Both the position numbers and the translations under genes were made by a program. Shown in pieces: positions 61,803-64,000 of a DNA stretch of 64,000 nucleotides (positions are counted from its first letter, which is position 1; the number at the start of each line of letters is the position of its first letter). Origin of the DNA: Desulfatiglandales bacterium. GTDB lineage: Bacteria; Desulfobacterota; DSM-4660; Desulfatiglandales; HGW-15. The stretch is taken from the NCBI GenBank assembly GCA_963667015.2, contig CAXXJJ010000004.1:2560001-2624000 (forward strand), in the 5' to 3' direction. Below the pieces are notes generated by a model. That model was given only the letters and a program-made list of their open reading frames with translations, was not told the DNA's origin and ran no database searches.

Positions 61803-64000
61803 CTAACAGCCTGTTTTTACAACTATCGCATCCTCGGGACAAACGTTTTTACATGACCCGCAGCGAATGCATTTTTCAGTATCTATCACATGTTTTTCAT
61901 AGGGTTTAAATGCAATTGCCCCTGCCGGGCAGTGCTGAGCACATACTGTACAGCCTATGCAGTCGTCGGTCACCTTATATTGAATAAGAGCCTTGCATTT
62001 GCCCGCAGGGCATCGGCCTTCAACGTGGGCCTCATACTCTTCACGAAAATGTTTGAGTGTGGACAGAACCGGGTTTGGGGCGGTTCCGCCCAGGGCGCAG
62101 AGGCTGCCCTGTTTTATCTGTTCTGCAAGCGATTCAAGCTGGTCAAGGTCCGAACTCTTCCCTTCTCCGTTACAGAGACGTTCAAGGATCTCCAGCATGC
62201 GGCGCGTCCCGACCCGGCAGAAGGTGCATTTTCCGCAGGACTGGTTCTGGGTAAATTCCAGAAAGTACTTTGCGATATCCACCATACAGTCGTTCTCATC
62301 CAGGACTACCAGACCGCCTGACCCCATTATGGCGCCTGCGCCTGTAAGAGATTCATAGTCCACAGGGATATCCGATAAATGGGCAGGCACACACCCTCCG
62401 CTCGGCCCGCCGATCTGGATGGCCTTGAATTTAAGCCCCCCGGCAATACCTCCTCCGATCTCTTCCACCACCTGCCGCAGTGTCACACCCATGGGAACCT
62501 CGATAAGCCCTCCCCTGGCTATTTTTCCTGCCAGGGCAAACACCTTTGTTCCCTTGCTCTTTTCCGTACCCATCTCAGCAAAGGCCGCACCGCCGTTGCC
62601 TATTATCCATGAAACCAGGGCATAGGTCTCCACATTGTTGATCAGTGTAGGCTTTCCCCATAATCCCTGCTGTGCGGGATAGGGCGGCCTTAAGCGGGGC
62701 ATCCCCCTCTGCCCCATGATACTTGCAAGAAGGGCGGTTTCTTCACCGCATACAAAGGCCCCTGCCCCGGCAACGATCTTAAGATCCAGGGTCAGATCAC
62801 TGCCGCATATATTTTCACCAAGGAATCCGCGTGCCCGGCACATCTTTATCGCCTCTGTCATGCGTTCTATTGCCAGGGGATATTCGGCACGGATGTAAAG
62901 ATAACCCCGGCTGGCGCCTACAGCACGTGCGGCAATAGCCATGCCTTCAAGAACCCTGAATGGATAGGATTCCATGAGCATCCTGTCCATGAATGCCCCG
63001 GGATCGCCCTCATCACCGTTAAGGACAATAAAGCGTTCCTTCTCGGACTGGCTGCGAAGCGCCCTCCATTTGAGGAAGGTGGGAAATCCTGCGCCGCCCC
63101 TGCCCTTGAGCCCGCTTGCCCCTACCTCGGATATAATCTCTTCCTCTGTCAGTTCATTTACAGCCTTCCTGAGTGCCTGAAATCCTCCATACTCAATATA
63201 TTCATCAATATTTACCGGGCTGATGCTGCCGCAGTGCTCTGTGGCAATATTTTTCTGCCGTCCCAGAAAATCCGCCACATGCCCTTCCCTCTTATCAACG
63301 GCATAACGGGGGATTGAAGGTGATTCACCTGCGTTAAGTATGATGTCCAGCCCCTTTGAGATCATGGGCGCAATTTTTCGGGTAATTCCTCCGGGTTTAA
63401 AATGCTTTAATAGGATGTCCCTGGCATCTTCGGGCTTCACCCCCGTATAGAGATAGCTGTTGCCGTTTGCAAGAAGGACTTCCATGAGGGGAGTCTGGTA
63501 ACACATCCCAACGCAGCCGACATGCTTGATACGGGCCGGGATGCCGGTTTCGGCTATAACCTTCTCTACTGCCTCTTTAAGGTAACCGCTTCCCCTGGCC
63601 TGGCAGCAGGAGCCCAGGCCTACCCTTATTTCCCCCCGGGTTGCTCCTGATAAATCCGGTGCCTGATCTGCCCTGTCACGTTTCTTTCGGGTCTTACAAA
63701 AGGCAAGATAATTCTTTATGGTGTTTCCCACCAGGTCCGGTGTAAGGTGCCCGTAAATCACCTCCCCGATCTGGACAACCGGCGCCAGGGTGCAGCAGCC
63801 GAGACAGGCAACCGGTTCTACAGTAAACAGACCATCAGGGTCAGTATCCCTCCCCTCGGGTATATGCAGATGTCTTCTGAAGGCATCATATACTCCCTGC
63901 GCACCCTTTACATGGCATGCGGTCCCAAGGCATACCCGAATGATATGCTCCCCGGCCGGTGTAAACCGGAACTGGTCATAAAAACTCGCAAACCCCGTAA
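61803..64000 (-). CDS. NuoE-NuoF fused NADH-oxidising flavoprotein (HydB/C-like), 5' end beyond window
   Basis: Frame open to window edge with C.GTACHVKG and ACLGCC.LAP (NuoE), then GRGGAGFPT, NGDEGDPGAF, CGEETAL, SCGKC..CR, two 4Fe-4S motifs. Confidence 0.93.
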   Translation of the reverse strand, partial: TGFASFYDQFRFTPAGEHIIRVCLGTACHVKGAQGVYDAFRRHLHIPEGRDTDPDGLFTVEPVACLGCCTLAPVVQIGEVIYGHLTPDLVGNTIKNYLAFCKTRKKRDRADQAPDLSGATRGEIRVGLGSCCQARGSGYLKEAVEKVIAETGIPARIKHVGCVGMCYQTPLMEVLLANGNSYLYTGVKPEDARDILLKHFKPGGITRKIAPMISKGLDIILNAGESPSIPRYAVDKREGHVADFLGRQKNIATEHCGSISPVNIDEYIEYGGFQALRKAVNELTEEEIISEVGASGLKGRGGAGFPTFLKWRALRSQSEKERFIVLNGDEGDPGAFMDRMLMESYPFRVLEGMAIAARAVGASRGYLYIRAEYPLAIERMTEAIKMCRARGFLGENICGSDLTLDLKIVAGAGAFVCGEETALLASIMGQRGMPRLRPPYPAQQGLWGKPTLINNVETYALVSWIIGNGGAAFAEMGTEKSKGTKVFALAGKIARGGLIEVPMGVTLRQVVEEIGGGIAGGLKFKAIQIGGPSGGCVPAHLSDIPVDYESLTGAGAIMGSGGLVVLDENDCMVDIAKYFLEFTQNQSCGKCTFCRVGTRRMLEILERLCNGEGKSSDLDQLESLAEQIKQGSLCALGGTAPNPVLSTLKHFREEYEAHVEGRCPAGKCKALIQYKVTDDCIGCTVCAQHCPAGAIAFKPYEKHVIDTEKCIRCGSCKNVCPEDAIVVKTGC

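Noticed and set aside
102..63981. Numerous 60-200 aa ORFs antisense to or nested in confident genes (e.g. 26206-26841, 30013-30558, 40545-41054, 49923-50213)
   Set aside because: Shadow ORFs without recognisable motifs

Overview
Bacterial chromosomal window; the gene content (sigma54 regulators, NuoEF-type flavoprotein, FmdE, YefM-YoeB) suggests an anaerobic Desulfobacterota-like organism, which is an inference. 1-13.7 kb holds two minus-strand uptake operons: TonB-dependent receptors, FecCD/Btu-type ABC transporters, two FmdE proteins, a SAM methyltransferase and a flavin reductase. Both operons are preceded by the same structured leader: a sigma70 promoter, a GC-AGAA-GC hairpin, a middle hairpin and a GCCACGAAGG terminator. 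14-33 kb holds lipoproteins, signalling genes (including a frameshifted hybrid kinase) and housekeeping genes (tex, prfC). 33-42.7 kb holds a solute-symporter cluster with a Cache-PAS-CBS-DUF294 protein and a porin, then mtnA. 42.8-46.3 kb is an accessory junction with yefM-yoeB, REP-like repeats, pseudogenes, a duplicated small gene and an array of TGGTTATATATAACCA palindromes. 46.3-57 kb is an integron-type cassette array: an attI-like site plus about 10 attC sites, decaying distally, with no intI in the window. It includes a class C group II intron inserted in an attC R'' box, an ORF-less cassette made of twin covarying hairpins, and an lpxB-like cassette. The window ends in a NuoEF/GltD-type oxidoreductase pair.
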